64,000 nt of DNA from Octopus sinensis. Its lineage: Eukaryota. A program made the position numbers and the translations under genes. The stretch lies in the NCBI RefSeq assembly GCF_006345805.1, contig NC_043008.1:79546001-79610000 (forward strand). Reading direction: 5' to 3'. Shown piece after piece: positions 47,915 to 60,932 of this stretch. Within the stretch, counting starts at the first letter, position 1. Every line of letters starts with the position of its first letter. The notes below the pieces were generated by a model. That model was not told where the DNA came from and searched no databases. It was given only the letters and a program-made list of their open reading frames with translations.

Positions 47915-47959
47915 GGACCACTGATGAGGTCACAGGAATGTGAAGAAAGAACTCTGGCC
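47915..47959 (+). ncRNA. Canonical-core hammerhead ribozyme (decayed) in PLE-D 3' region
   Basis: GGACCA-[CTGATGA]-GGTCACA ggaa TGTGAA-[GAAA]-GAAC-[TC]-TGGCC. Confidence 0.6.
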
Positions 47960-48149
47960 AAAATAAGATTAAGATTAATGTAAAAAGTAAATAACGCTGA
48001 AGCAAAGTAACACCAAATATATAGTGCATATGTTTTTATTGGCTAAACTGGCAAAATGACCATTCCTAAATACAACAATATCTGTTTCAACACACGATTT
48101 CAAATCAAAAATCTTGCAAAACAAATATATATATATATTTCATTCTATT

Positions 48150-48340
48150 AAATTTAACAAATACTGCTGTTATTTAATGCCAGGCCAGATATGTTTGAGT
48201 AGACTTATGATTTATCTTATTTTTCAGGTAAGCTATCCATGACTATATTCTCCAACATCTTCTAAGTCAGTAATATGTTATTAAAGAGAGATTTAGTTTC
48301 TATTTCCAGCAGGCTGAATGATCATATAGAAACTCTCTAG
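48150..48340 (-). repeat. Old interspersed repeat fragment
   Basis: Minus-strand ATATGATCATTC..CCTGCTGGAAATAG...; resemblance to a recurrent SINE-like tail is from memory only. Confidence 0.4.
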
Positions 48341-49033
48341 GTTTATGTTGACTACTGTTGTTTGACATTGTGACACAAAATCAGAAACTTGACTTTGTAC
48401 ATTCATGATATTGTCTGTTATTTGACATAGTTTATTTCAAGATCATAAAGTTCATTAATTTTCAATTACATTGTTATCTCAATTACAATATCCTTGAATT
48501 AAGCTGTTTCTTAAAACAAATTATAGATGAAATAAACTTAAAGCCAGTGGCTGATAGATAGCACAAGTGCAGTTAATAATGTGTGTGTAACCTTGTAAAT
48601 ATACATTGCCAGATGTTCTGTTCATGCTAAAAATAACATCCAGCTTTCAGATAAGGTTTCTCTGTATACCTGAATAATTAGTCAACTAATGTCAGCTAAT
48701 GTCATAAAATTACAATGTTTTTTTTATTTATTGACTGGACACAAGAGCAGCTTAAAATATCATCAGATCTTAAACAATGTACAACAAAATAATATTGTTA
48801 ATATTCATTAACATGTTATTCTAGTTGGGAGCAAATATAAAATTAATACAATACTTGAGTTGAATTCATGTTATGAAATATTTAAATAATCTTAATTTAT
48901 GGGCTAGAGTGATTTAATATTTTTAAAGAAGTCAGTTTCCACCAATTAACTGTAACCAATACTATTTTTTCATTGTTAATTAGTGCATTTTGTTATTTAA
49001 TTAAATTATAATGTCAAATTTTCAGTAAAAATA

Positions 49034-49070
<37 letters not shown>

Positions 49071-49440
49071 TTGTTTCATTTATTTGACTGCAGCCATACT
49101 GGAGCACCGCCTTTAGTCAAGAAAATTGACTCCAGGACTTATTCTTTGGAAGCCTAGTACTTATTCTATTGGTTTCTTTTGCTGAATTGCTAAGTTATGG
49201 GGATGTAAACACACCATCGGTTGTCAAGCAATGTTGGGGGGACAAACACAGACACACAAACATATACACACACATACATATATATATATATACATATATA
49301 CGACGGGCTGCTTTCAGTTTCTGTCTACCAAATACACTCACAAGGCTTTGGTCAGCCCAAGGCTATAGTAGAAGATACTTGCCTAAGGTGGCATGCAGTG
49401 GGGATGAACCCAGAACCATGTGGTTGGTAAGCAAGCTACT

Positions 49441-51469
49441 TTTATTAATATAATTTGCCACAAGGGCATTACACAGATGTAGCTGTGGGCTGGACATTAC
49501 ATATATGAGATGAAATGATAAACGAAATTATGATATTAATGAGAGGAGCAAAAGATGCCTGCTGATCTTCTGCTTCTTCAAAAAACAAAACGAGGTATTA
49601 AACCTCTTACCCAAGTTCTTACAATTACTGAACTTAATAGTCCATTACAAATTGAGGTGCTGAGCCTCTTACAAACAATAACATACAATAAACATTTTAG
49701 GCACTAAAGCCTCTTTATCCTTCCTCCCTGACCATGTTGTATGCCTCCTGCAGGCAATGATCCAGCTCCAGGTGGGGCCCCCCAGAAGGCGAACCTAAAC
49801 TGGTCCTTCAGGAAGGAGTCAAACACTCTGAACATATTGACTTCTGATATGACCTCCGTAGTCACTGCAAAGGCCAATCCAGGTCTTCAGCCAAGGGCAT
49901 GGGCTCCTCCCTCCAGCCCTCTAGCTTCCTTATGAAGATCTGTATTGCGCATCCCTTACGGAGGAAGATAACAAAATCATCTCTCATCGCACTGGGAGGG
50001 GCCACAATTTCCTCTGTCAGTGGTACAATTTCCGACAAAGTTTCAGGGCATGCCGGCAGTGTACCATCAACCGCCAGCAGTGTCCCATTCTTTTCTATTT
50101 TCTTTTTCTCCCCTTTGCTACAGGAGGGTGTGGTACCTCTGTTTTATCCAGGAGATCTTCCTCCCCTCTCGCAGCTTTAGGCTCGTTTGTTGGGCAACAG
50201 TGGTTGCCCACCTTCTTTCTTTTTTTTTCCCCTTTTTTTGATGTCTCCACCCCCTCAACTGCTCCATCTCTCCCTCCAATGGGGGAGCAGAGGGCACTAC
50301 TTTTATTAACTCCAGGACCTTACCTTAGTCCTGGTGACAGTTCTTTTTTATGTGGTCTGGTTCCAGGTGCAGGTGACACTTAGGGGGGGGGCATCTTGCA
50401 AGAATCACTGGATACCTAGAACCAACCATTCTCAAAAAATCTGGGAAAACCAGATTATTGGCTGATTGGGTCCACAGGGTCAAAACCACTTTTGACCCCA
50501 CCCAATCAGCTGCAGGCAGAATTTTAACATTTAGGAGCTTAGCTCCACTGCCACCCTGACCCCAGCAGATAGTGTCTTCTGTCCACTCGGGTTCTATCCT
50601 GGGTGGCAGCCCACAGACCCAAGCTCTTGTTAATTTCTTCCCACAATATGTGGGAAGAAACAGAATTTTTTGCCCTTCTAAGGGCTGGCTTGCAAAATTG
50701 CGAGCCTCCTCAGGGGTATCAAATAGCAACCACACCCTTGCAAACTTGACACCCCTGGCAATAAACTTAATAGTTGGCAGATATTCTGCCAACTCTTTTT
50801 CTATTTCAATTTGAGGGAACACTGTGATGGTGTCGAGAGACTTGGAATACGTTCTCAACACCACCGTTCTCTTGTTGAAGTCTTTTACCCACTGCCTGGG
50901 AGAGGAGTACAATCTCCCACTCCAACACAGTATTTTTTGCCATGCTTGCAGAAAAGCGAGTCCAAAAAATAGTTCAGACAAAAAGTCTAAATAAAGTCCA
51001 AAATAAACAAAAAGAGCAAAAAGACAGATTAGAGAAAAAGAACAAAGGAAGACAGTTCAAGTCATGGCAACACAATTCCGCCCACCCAGTAATCCTGGCC
51101 CACTGGTATTCCAAAAACTGGTACTCCACACAGATACTCCAGGTCACAGTAGCAGCAGGAACACACAAAAAATTCTCTACAAATTGGTTGAATTTTCAAA
51201 ATTTTCTCAAATTTTGGTGGCGAGACACACCCACCAAACAGTTCTCACAGCTAAGTGAGTCCCGGACATGTCCAGGACCCAGTGAGGATTTCTTATTTGA
51301 AAAAAGAAAAACAATATGAAACAACAAAACCCCAGTGAATCCACCCCCCCCCCAAAAAAAAACAGATGCCTACCTTGCAGTCATGCCTTCAATATTTCTT
51401 CAATTAAGGACGGCTACAAAAGCACGTCTTGACAGTTTTCAAATTTGGAAGTAACTAACAAACACATGC
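49441..51469 (-). mobile_element. ORF1-only L1/Tx1-like (HAL1-like) retroposon, 14-bp TSD
   Basis: TSD GTAAGCAAGCTACT at 49427-49440 and 51470-51483; 3' end ...ATTAATAAA; ORF1-like protein; no APE or RT motifs seen. Confidence 0.7.
50325..50981 (-). pseudogene. Tx1-type ORF1p-like fragment (RRM-like plus degenerate CCHC knuckle)
   Basis: RTVVLRTYS...VWLLFDTPEEARNFA...RAWVCGLPPRIEPEW...KCHLHLEPDHIKKNC. Confidence 0.6.
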
Positions 51470-52754
51470 GTAAGCAAGCTACTTACCACACAGCCACTCC
51501 TGCACCCACAGGATATCAGAATAATTAATAACTATTAATTTGACAGTTTTATGATTTATCATTCAATTTTATTTCATTGTTTATTAAATCAGTATTCAGT
51601 TTTAGAAATATTCATAACCACACAAAATTAGCATTTCTTCTATAGTTGAGTGTCCATGGGTAACAGAGAGAGAGAGAGAGAGAGAGAAATTAAGATTAGA
51701 AAATTGGAAATTTCAGTCATTTATTAAAACTAATTTTGATTGAGCCTGGTGTATTATCTTATACATCTGCTTATGTTTTAGATGTTAACTTAAAAGTAAT
51801 TTAGCCATCTAAATTTATTGCTAATTCTATTCATATTTGTTTTTAAGCCTCAAGTTTTATTGCAACTTTAGAGAGTAATACATTTCTTTGTTACATATTG
51901 AGCTATCTAAGACTGGAGAATTTGATATTGTTAACATTCCATTTAATCCTTTAGCTTTCAGATTTTTCTCTCAAATATAATGTTGTTTATCCACTGTTTT
52001 GAATTAATCATACATATCTCATAACTTTGAGGTTTCAATGATGCTAATTTTACAATGACATTACAGGGTAGGTGTGAGAAGCTGGATAGGACTAGTTTGA
52101 ACATAAAATAGATTAATTGGGCTGGATATGGCTGGTTTAAATGTTGAATTGTTAAACTGTTGTAGATCAATAGCAATCGGTGCCCCAGAAAACAGTAATT
52201 TTGTTAGACATTCTTTTTACTTTACACAAAATATTCTTTACATTCTATTGTTTTAAATAGGTAAAATATTTTTCTGAGAATGAATTGTGATTTATAACAT
52301 TGCCACTATGGGAAATTATTGCTCTGCTTTACGAGCAGCCTCCAGGAACAAATTAACTCATATATCAAGGTATTACTGTATACTCTTAGTACCAATAATC
52401 ATATGAAATCAGCAATAAAACAAACTTGCAAATTGACCAAACACCCATTTCTAGTCTAAACTTGTCTGACTATGAGGACAGTTTTAAGCCCTTTGAATAG
52501 ACAATCCTGTGATCTCTGCCACTCAGGACAGTAAAATAAATCTGCTTTACTCTGTCTGCCTTTCTCTCCCTTTACCTTTTTAGTCATTTGTCCATCTTTT
52601 TGACACTCACTCCTCATGGAGAATAATAGAACTCTCTTACTTACAATGACTGAAAGCAAGCAAAGAAAAAACAGCTTTTCTCTGCCTTTCTCAGAAATGA
52701 AGGGATGGGAAATACAAAGAAATACAAGTACAATGAGGACAGGCAAAATTATAT

Positions 52755-53113
52755 ATCTTGACCTGTGACCAGAAGCCATTCCAATAGCAGACATTTCTGC
52801 TGAATCTGTTGCTCAAGCTTTTGTCTCTAATTGGATTTCCTGCTTTGGAGTTCTGTCCAGCTTAACTACTAATCGCGGACGCCAGTTTGAAGCTTCTTTA
52901 TTTCATGAATTGCCACAAATTCTAGTTGTGCACCATATTCGCACGACCAGTTACCATCCAGCTTCCAACGGGATGGTCGAACGGTTTCATAAACAGCTCA
53001 AGGCCACTCTACATGCCTCTCCAGATCCACAGTCCTGGATTGAATTTCTGCCAATTGTGCTTCTTGGCTGTTGTAATGCTGTCAAGGCAGACCTGAGTTT
53101 CTCCTCTGCATAA
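52755..53113 (+). pseudogene. Gypsy/Ty3 integrase core relic
   Basis: EAIPIADISAESVAQAFVSNWIS.FG...TTNRGRQFE...RTTSYHPASNGMVERFHKQLKA. Confidence 0.85.
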
Positions 53114-53329
53114 CTCTCTGCATTCAATGAAACTGGCCCATAATGTGTTTGTAGTACCAGTATTCATACCAACATGTAGACTACTTGACTGGATACTTGG
53201 TGAGATCCGAGCCATTGTTGTGAAAACCCAGAAGGTACTGACCAGCACAATTTGCACATTAACAGCAATGTAGACTGCCTCTACCTAAAACAAAAAAACA
53301 AGCAGGCAGAGGCTTGACATTGACCTAGA

Positions 53330-55485
53330 CTGCTTTTGAATGTCATATCACATTCTTTCAGCAACATCTTTTAACCACCAAGTGTCAGTGCATCTCTTGA
53401 CTGAGGCTGTCAGCAATATTAGGATTGGCAATAAGTATAGTGAAGAATTCCAGGTAGAAGTAGGTGTCCACCAAGGCTCAGCCCTCAGTCCCCTTTTATT
53501 CATCATAGTTCTCAAGGCAATAACAGAGGAATTCAAAGCAGGTTGCCCCTGGGAGCTCCTCTATGCTGATGACCTGGCCCTCATAGTAGAATCTCTACCG
53601 GAACTAGAAAAGAAATTTCAGGTGTGGAAGCAAGGTTTAGAATCAAAGGGCCTAAGAGTAAATGTAGCAAAGACCAAAGTTATAGTAAGCAGAAAGGCGA
53701 ACTCATCACACACACACCCTCGGGCAGGTGGCCCTGCTCGATCTGTAGGAAAGGTGTAGGTAGAAACTCCATAAGATGTACCCAGTGTAAGCTATGGATG
53801 CATTAGAGGTGCAGCAACATCAAAGGAAAATTAACTGATAAGATAGTTTTCATGTGCGGCAGATGCACAGGGGCAATAGACACCACAAATACTCAGAAAA
53901 CAGATTCCATCACACTCCAGGGGAAGAAACTAGAAGTAGTTGATAGTTTCCACTACCTGGGTGACCAAGTTAGTAGTGGAATACAAGAATACAAATAGCC
54001 TGGGCAAAGTTTAGAAAGTTCCTACCCCTACTGGTGACAAAGGGTCTCTCGCTCAGAGCGAAAGGTAGATTGTATGATGCATGTGTGCGAACCGTCATGC
54101 TTCATGGTAGAGAAACATGGGCTGTGACTGCAGAGGACATACGTAGACTTGAAAGAAATTAAGCTAACATGATCCACTGGATGTGTAATGTCAGTGTGCA
54201 TGCACAACAGAGTGTAAGCACCCTGAGAGAAATGCTGGACATAAGAAGCATCAGATGTGGTGTACAAGAGAGATGCTTGCAATGGTATGGTCATGTACTG
54301 TGGATGGATGAGGAGAGATGTGTGAAGAAGTGCCACTCCCAAACAGTTGAAGGTATCAGGGGTAAAGGTAGACCCAGGAAGACATGACATGAGGTAGTCA
54401 AGCATGACGTCCGAATGTTGGGCCTCACAGATGCAATGATGAAGGACCGAGATCTCTGGAAATATGCTGTGACTGTGAAGACCCGGGCTGCTTCCTGCAC
54501 CAGTTTTGCATAGCCCCAGCCCATTCAAAGTACCTTGGATTGCAGAACGACCTGCTGTGCTTACCTTGGATCGTAGAGTGACCTGCGTGAGGGCGCGTGG
54601 CTTAGTGGTTAGGGCATTCGGCTCATGATCGTAAGGTTGTGAGTTCGATTCCCGGCGACACGTTGTGTCCTTGAGCAAGACACTTTATTTCACGTTGCTC
54701 CAGTCCACTCAGCTGGCAAAAATGAGTTGTACTTGTATTTCAAAGGGTCAGCCTTGTCACTCTCTGTGTCACGCTGATTATCTCCGAGAACTACGTTAAG
54801 GGTACACGTGTCTGTGGAATGCTCAGCCATTTGCACGTTAATTTCACGAGCAAGCTGTTCCGCTGATCGTATCAGCTGGGACCCTCGTCGTCGTAACCGG
54901 CGGAGTCTTTTTTTTTAAGAGTGACCTGCTGTGCTTGAGGAGACCTATTGAGTCAAGTACATCAACATCAATATCAAAATAAATATCAAATGGAAATTGT
55001 AGTTACGACTGTACCGGTGGCATGTACAAAGCACCATCCGAACGTGGCCGATGCCAGCGCTGCCTTAACTGGCTTCTGTACCGGTGGCACATGACCTGCT
55101 GTGCTTAAGGAGATCTGTTGAGTCAAGTGCATAAACATTGAAATAAATATCAAATGGAAATAGTAGTTGTGATACCTGTGCCGGTGGCACGTAAAAAGCA
55201 CCATCCGAACGTGGCCGATGCCAGCGCCGCCTTGACTAGCTTCTGTGCTGGTGGCACGTAAAAGGCACCAACCAATCGTGGCCACTGGCACCTGTGCCGG
55301 TGGTACGTAAAAAGCACCCACTACACTCACAGAGTGGTTGGCGTTAGGAAGAGCATTCAGCTGTAGAAACACTGCCAGATCAGACTGGAGCCTGGTGCAA
55401 CCTCCTGGCTTCCCAAACCTCGGTCGAACCGTCCAACCCGTGCTAGCATGGAAAATGGATGTTAAACGATGATGATGATGATGAA
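53330..55485 (+). mobile_element. RTE LINE 3' half (RT, PHD-like finger, 3'-UTR minisatellite, (GAT)n tail) interrupted by a SINE
   Basis: GVHQGSALSPLLF, LLYADDLAL, CSICRKGVGRNSIRCTQCKLWMH, RGKGRPRKT; UTR continues past the SINE to GTTAAACGATGATGATG. Confidence 0.85.
54587..54917 (+). mobile_element. tRNA-derived SINE, full-length, 12-bp TSD AGAGTGACCTGC, T-tail
   Basis: A-box TGGCTTAGTGG, B-box GAGTTCGATTCCC; TSD at 54575-54586 and 54918-54929. Confidence 0.9.
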
Positions 55486-56565
55486 GGAAGATAACATCAC
55501 GAGGCCTGGAAAGCAGCTCCCTGAGCAACCTTCCTCATCTGATAACCTTAAATACATGCCTAAAGAAGTTGCACAACTCTACCACAACATATTATCAGAT
55601 GAAAGGATGAGCATATATCAGAAGATATGTTAGCAGAAAGCTCCAGGATTATAGTAACATTGGTAATCAAAGAAGTCTATCATGGACCAAAAACCAGATT
55701 ATTAACTCTCAGTTTGATGGGTATGCATTTTCAATACAGGAACAGGAAAAATCAACCTGATGCACCAAAGGGACAGAGACACAGGAAAGACACCAAAATA
55801 TGATAACCAATGCAGACCTTGTGGGGCTAACACCTAAGATATCACCCAAATCGTAAGCAGTTGCTCAAAAATATCGTCACAGTATTATCTACTGATGAGA
55901 CATAATGTTGCAGCCAAGACAATGTATAGCTTGCCCAAGTTGTCACACAGAGGGACTGAACCCCACACAACGTGGTTAGGAAATCAGTTCTGCTTTACTG
56001 CCACTACAATGGCCTCTACTCCTCTGGCACAAGTTTTATTTCTTATCACTCCTACTATCTATTATATCCCAGACTATCTAAATCCCTTTACTCAATCCCT
56101 TCTCTTTATAACTACAACATCCTGGAATTCCTTTCTACCCATTTCTTTTTCTATAAATGTTCAAATTGGATACCAGTTGCATCAGTCACAACACTTTGAT
56201 GAATTTCAAAATATTTTAAACAATCATATCAAATATTTTTGTATGGAACAAGTTAGTTTCTTAGTAGAAAAGTAAAATTGGATCAAAATCTTGTAATAGC
56301 ATTAGATTTTGTTTTGCCATTTTTTTAAAGTCAGTTTTAAATATTTTCAGGCTTTCAAACTTTTTTTAAAATAAAGTAAGATATATTGAATGGGAACAAA
56401 GAAAACGAATTATCTATTTAATAACATGAAATTGGTGAGATACATTTTTGTATCATGTAGACAAATCCACCTTCATTATTTAATGTATTTTATTGCTCCA
56501 ATTCTTTCTTGAGATCCTTTTGCAAGCATATCTGTATGTATGTATGCATATATATATTTAAAAAA

Positions 56566-56750
56566 ACGTGGCACTCCGTAGATTACAACGAGGGTTCCAG
56601 TTGATCCGATCAATGGAACAGCCTGCTCTTGAAATTAACGTGCAAGTGGCTGAGCACTCTACAGACATGTGTACCCTTAATGTAGTTCTCAGGGAGATTC
56701 AGCGTGACACAGAGTGTGACAAGGCTGGCCCTTTGAAATACAGGTACAAG
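56566..56750 (-). mobile_element. 3' fragment of the 54587 SINE family
   Basis: Reverse-complement similarity to 54730-54907. Confidence 0.75.
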
Positions 56751-57035
56751 AGACACAGGAAGAAAGTGTGAGAGAAAGTTGTGGTGAAGAATACAGCAGT
56801 GCTTGCCACCACCCCTGCTGGAGCCACCCCAAACGACACCATGGCCATGGTATTAACTAAGTGTTTACAAATAGATCCACTCACATATTTCCATAAAACA
56901 GTAAATGCAAACATACATATAATTATATCCAGATAGGGAATGTAACTTTTCATAAGGTACATAATTCATATGACACCGTATTTTTCGTAAACATAATATT
57001 TTATAACTAAAATGTCCGCAAACTTAACCGCTATG

Positions 57036-57067
<32 letters not shown>

Positions 57068-57069
<2 letters not shown>

Positions 57070-57964
57070 TAGCTTAAGGTGACCCGCTCTACGCACGGGT
57101 AAGAGTGTGGTTGTTACTTTCTGTTGCTTCCTTTCTGTTTTTTATCACCACATTTCTCCCTCTTTGTTTCTCTCTCCTTTCTCTCTCACTTTCCCACTCT
57201 CTTATTCTTCTTTTCTCTCGGATTCTCCCTCGCTTTCTCTTACTCTCTATCTATCTCTCTCACATTTATAAACAACAAAAGATCTTGAGGAAGTTGAAAA
57301 GGTAAAATATTTTGAAAGATCACTCATAAATATCAGGCAGTGACAACAGAAAGGTCTGCTTCAAGGCAGACAGCAAAACACTAACATTTAAAAGGGACAG
57401 ACGAACTTGCGAGTTGAATAAAAATAATAAAATATTGGAAACCAAAGTTTGAAGGGATAGAATCTGTGGATAGTAGACTCACCATGGCTGGCATTTCTTA
57501 ACGACGGACAGCAACGTAGTGACAGTTAGACGGCTGACGTAAAATTTTGAACTTGATGTAAAAGAAAATTCCTAGACACCAAGTTTTGAAGTGATTCTTT
57601 CTCATGACAGTAGACTCACCATGGCAAGCATTCAAAACTTCTTCATCATGGACGGCAACACATTGACGATTTAAAGGCTGGTGCAAATTTTTTAGCTTGA
57701 TGTAACAGAGAATTCCTAAACATCCACTCCTGTAAATTTTAACCCCCTTCCAGCCCCATTTAGACCCCTTTTCACATTTTGGTTAATATAACCCGATTTC
57801 ATTCGGGTCTACTCGGACCACATTTTATAAGACGAGGAATTTTGTCCTAGAGGTGACGCCTTTCAGTTGAGGAAAAAAGTAGTTGGCATACAAGCTCACC
57901 AGCACTTTTAACATAGGTGTGCATATTTTCAGCTCAACCGACCACATAATGCACACATATACAT

Positions 57965-58014
<50 letters not shown>

Positions 58015-58042
58015 TATATATTATATATATATAATATATATA

Positions 58043-58111
<69 letters not shown>

Positions 58112-58489
58112 GCGCAATGGCCTAGTGGTTAGGGCAGCAGACTCGCGGTCGCAGGATCGCGGTTTCGATTCTCAGACCGGGCGTTGTGTGTGTTTATTGA
58201 GCGAAAACACCTAAAAGCTCTACGAGGCTCCGGCAGGGGTGGTGATCCCTGCTGTACTCTTTCACCACAATGGCGGTGCCCCAGCATGGCCACAGCTCAA
58301 GAGCTGAAACTGGAAAAACAAACAAAACAAACAATATATATATATTTAAATGGCGGTGCCCCAGCATGGCCACAGCTCATTAGCTGAAACTGGAAAAATC
58401 AAAATCAAAATCATATATATATATATATGTACATATATACGCATTATATAAATGTGTGTGTATACGCATTATATATACAAATGTATACA

Positions 58490-58543
<54 letters not shown>

Positions 58544-59063
58544 ATATATACACTTTGTATATATACATTATATATACGTATTTATATATAGAGCACACAC
58601 ACACACACACACATATATAAATTAACCCAATAAATATCTGATTCATAATATTTGTTCTCATGATTGTGTGATAGTCGTGGTGATAATAAAACTCTCTATG
58701 AATGCAGACAGACGTACAGAGAGAGGGAGGCGGTGGGGGAAAGAGTGACAGTTCTTGCGAAGGAAAGATAGTAGTAGCTGTCAAACGTCGTTATAGAGAG
58801 AAAGTGATGGGAAGGGAGGAAACAGAGAGAGACGGAGGAAGACAGGCAGATAAGAGAATGAGAGGAGACTTGTCAAAGTGTGCATTTTTTGCCCTAGTAA
58901 CCACACCTTTTAAGATAGGGATTTCTAACCTAGCCCACTCACATCCTCACCTCATTTTACATGTCCCTGTAAATTTTGAATTCAATCCAACGGGATCTAG
59001 TGCCCTTTAATCCGTTCTAATTCCAAAACCAGACAAACTTTCTCATTTCAGATTTTTAGATAT
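57068..59063 (+). mobile_element. Helentron/DINE-1-like element, copy 1
   Basis: ACTAG...CCCGCTCTACGCACGGG start, internal (TA)n/(CA)n, end CATTTCAGATTTTTAGATAT. Confidence 0.6.
58108..58410 (+). mobile_element. tRNA-derived SINE inserted in (TA)n, with duplicated 3' tail
   Basis: A-box TGGCCTAGTGG, B-box GGTTTCGATTCTC; ATGGCGGTGCCCCAGCATGGCCACAGCTC repeated twice. Confidence 0.8.
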
Positions 59064-59131
59064 ACTAGCTGAAGGTGGCCCGCTCTACGCGCGGGTAAGA
59101 GTGTGGTTGTTACTTTCTGTTGCTTCCTTTC

Positions 59132-59438
59132 AGCACGTAAAAAGCACCATCCGAACGTGGCCGATTGCAGCGCCGCCATGACTTGCTTCTGTGCCGGTGG
59201 TATGTAAAAGGCACCAACCGATCGTGGCCGCTGCCAGCCCCATGGCACCTGTGCCAGCGGCACGAAAAAAGCACCCACTACACTCACAGAGTGGTTGGCG
59301 TTAGGAAGGTCATCCACCTGTAGAAACACTGCCAGATCAGGCTGGAGCCTGGTGCAGCTTCCTGGCTTCCCAAACTCCGGTCACACTGTCCAACCCGTGC
59401 TAGCACGGAAAACGGACGTTAAACGATGATGATGATGA
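59132..59438 (+). mobile_element. RTE 3'-UTR fragment inserted in HINE copy 2
   Basis: Absent from copy 1; ends GTTAAACGATGATGATGATGA. Confidence 0.8.
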
Positions 59439-60275
59439 TTCTCCGTATTTGTTTCTCTCTCCTTTCTCTCTCACTTTCCCACTCTCTTACTTTTATTTTC
59501 TCTCGGACTCTCCCTCGCTTTCTCTTACTCTCTATCTTTATCTATCTCTCTCCCATTTATAAACAACAGAAGATCTTGAGTAAGTTGAGAAATAAAATAT
59601 TTAGAAAGATCAATCAGAAATATCAGGCAGTGGCAACGGAAAAGTCTGCTTCAAGGCAGACAGCAAAACGCTAACATTTAAAAGGGACAGACGAACTTGC
59701 GAGCTGAATAAAAATAATAAAATATTGGAAACCAAAGTTTGAAGGGATAGAATCTGAGGATAGTAGAGTGACCATGGCTGGCATTTCTTAACGATGGACA
59801 GCAACGTATTGACAGTTTAACGGCTGGCGTAAAATTTTGAACTTGATGTAAAAGAAAATTCGTAAACACCAAGTTTTGAAGTGATTCTTTCTCATGACAG
59901 TAGACTCACCATGGCAAGCATTCAAAACTTCTTTATCATGGACGGCAACACATTGACGATTAAAAGGCTGGCGCAAATTTTTTAGCTTGATGTAACAGAG
60001 AATTCCTAAACACCCGCTCCTTGAAATTTTAATCCCCTTCCAGCCCCATTTAGACCCCTTTTCACATTTTGGTTAATATAACCCGATTTAATTCGAGTCT
60101 ACTGGGGCCACATTTTATAAGATGAGGAATTTTGTCCTAGAGGTGACGCCTTTCATTTGAGGAAAAAAATAGTTGTCATGCAAACTTGCCAGCACTTTTA
60201 ACATAGGTGTGCATATTTTCAGCTGAATCGACCGACTACGTAATGCACACATTATATATATATAAATATATATAT

Positions 60276-60368
<93 letters not shown>

Positions 60369-60932
60369 ATATGTGTGTGTGTGTGTGTGTGTGTGCACGC
60401 ATTATATATACAAATGTATACAAATGAGATATATATCTGTATAAATTAAATTAGAGATAAACCACTAATAGGCAAATCAAACAGTGAAAAACCAAAAACA
60501 AAAACATAAAAAAAAATATAATATAGAAAATATAGAAAATATAAAATTGAAAAATTTAAATTATTTAAATTGAAATGAAAATTATTAAATTATATTTATA
60601 ATTTGTTTAAAAATATATATAACTATGAAAAAGTATGAAAAAGTTTAATATACATAAATACAGATATATACACTTTGTATACATACATTATATATACATA
60701 TTTATATATAGAACACACACACACACATACATTATATATACATATTTATATATAAAACACACACACACACACACACACATATAAATGAACGCAAGAATAT
60801 CTGATTCATAATATTTGTTCTCATGCTCGTGTGTTGTTGGTGACAGACAGATACTTAAAAGAACGCCGCCGAAGTGATGGGAAGGCAGGAAACAGAGTCA
60901 GTGAAAAAGAGAGGAAATAGCGAGAGTGCTAA

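Larger units (their letters stand above)
43085..48000 (+). mobile_element. Penelope-like element PLE-D, interrupted by a hAT insertion
   Basis: FKFNNKIYAQDEGAAIGVSIAGDVANLFM, YVDDINIV before 43686; KVTIDYP..RLSVLDTELW and CKARNVVYSIRC..TYVGKTARS..H after 46544. Confidence 0.88.
49038..51507 (-). mobile_element. tRNA-derived SINE split by a 2-kb insertion (pieces 49038-49440 and 51470-51507)
   Basis: SINE body stops at GTAAGCAAGCTACT (49440) and resumes with the same 14-mer plus TACCACACAGCCACTCCTGCACCC. Confidence 0.88.

Noticed and set aside
54587-54660. tRNA-like sequences (also 27124 and 58108)
   Set aside because: They continue into SINE bodies with tails or TSDs and lack a complete acceptor stem
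57929-60449. YI/IY-repeat ORFs
   Set aside because: Translations of (TA)n microsatellites
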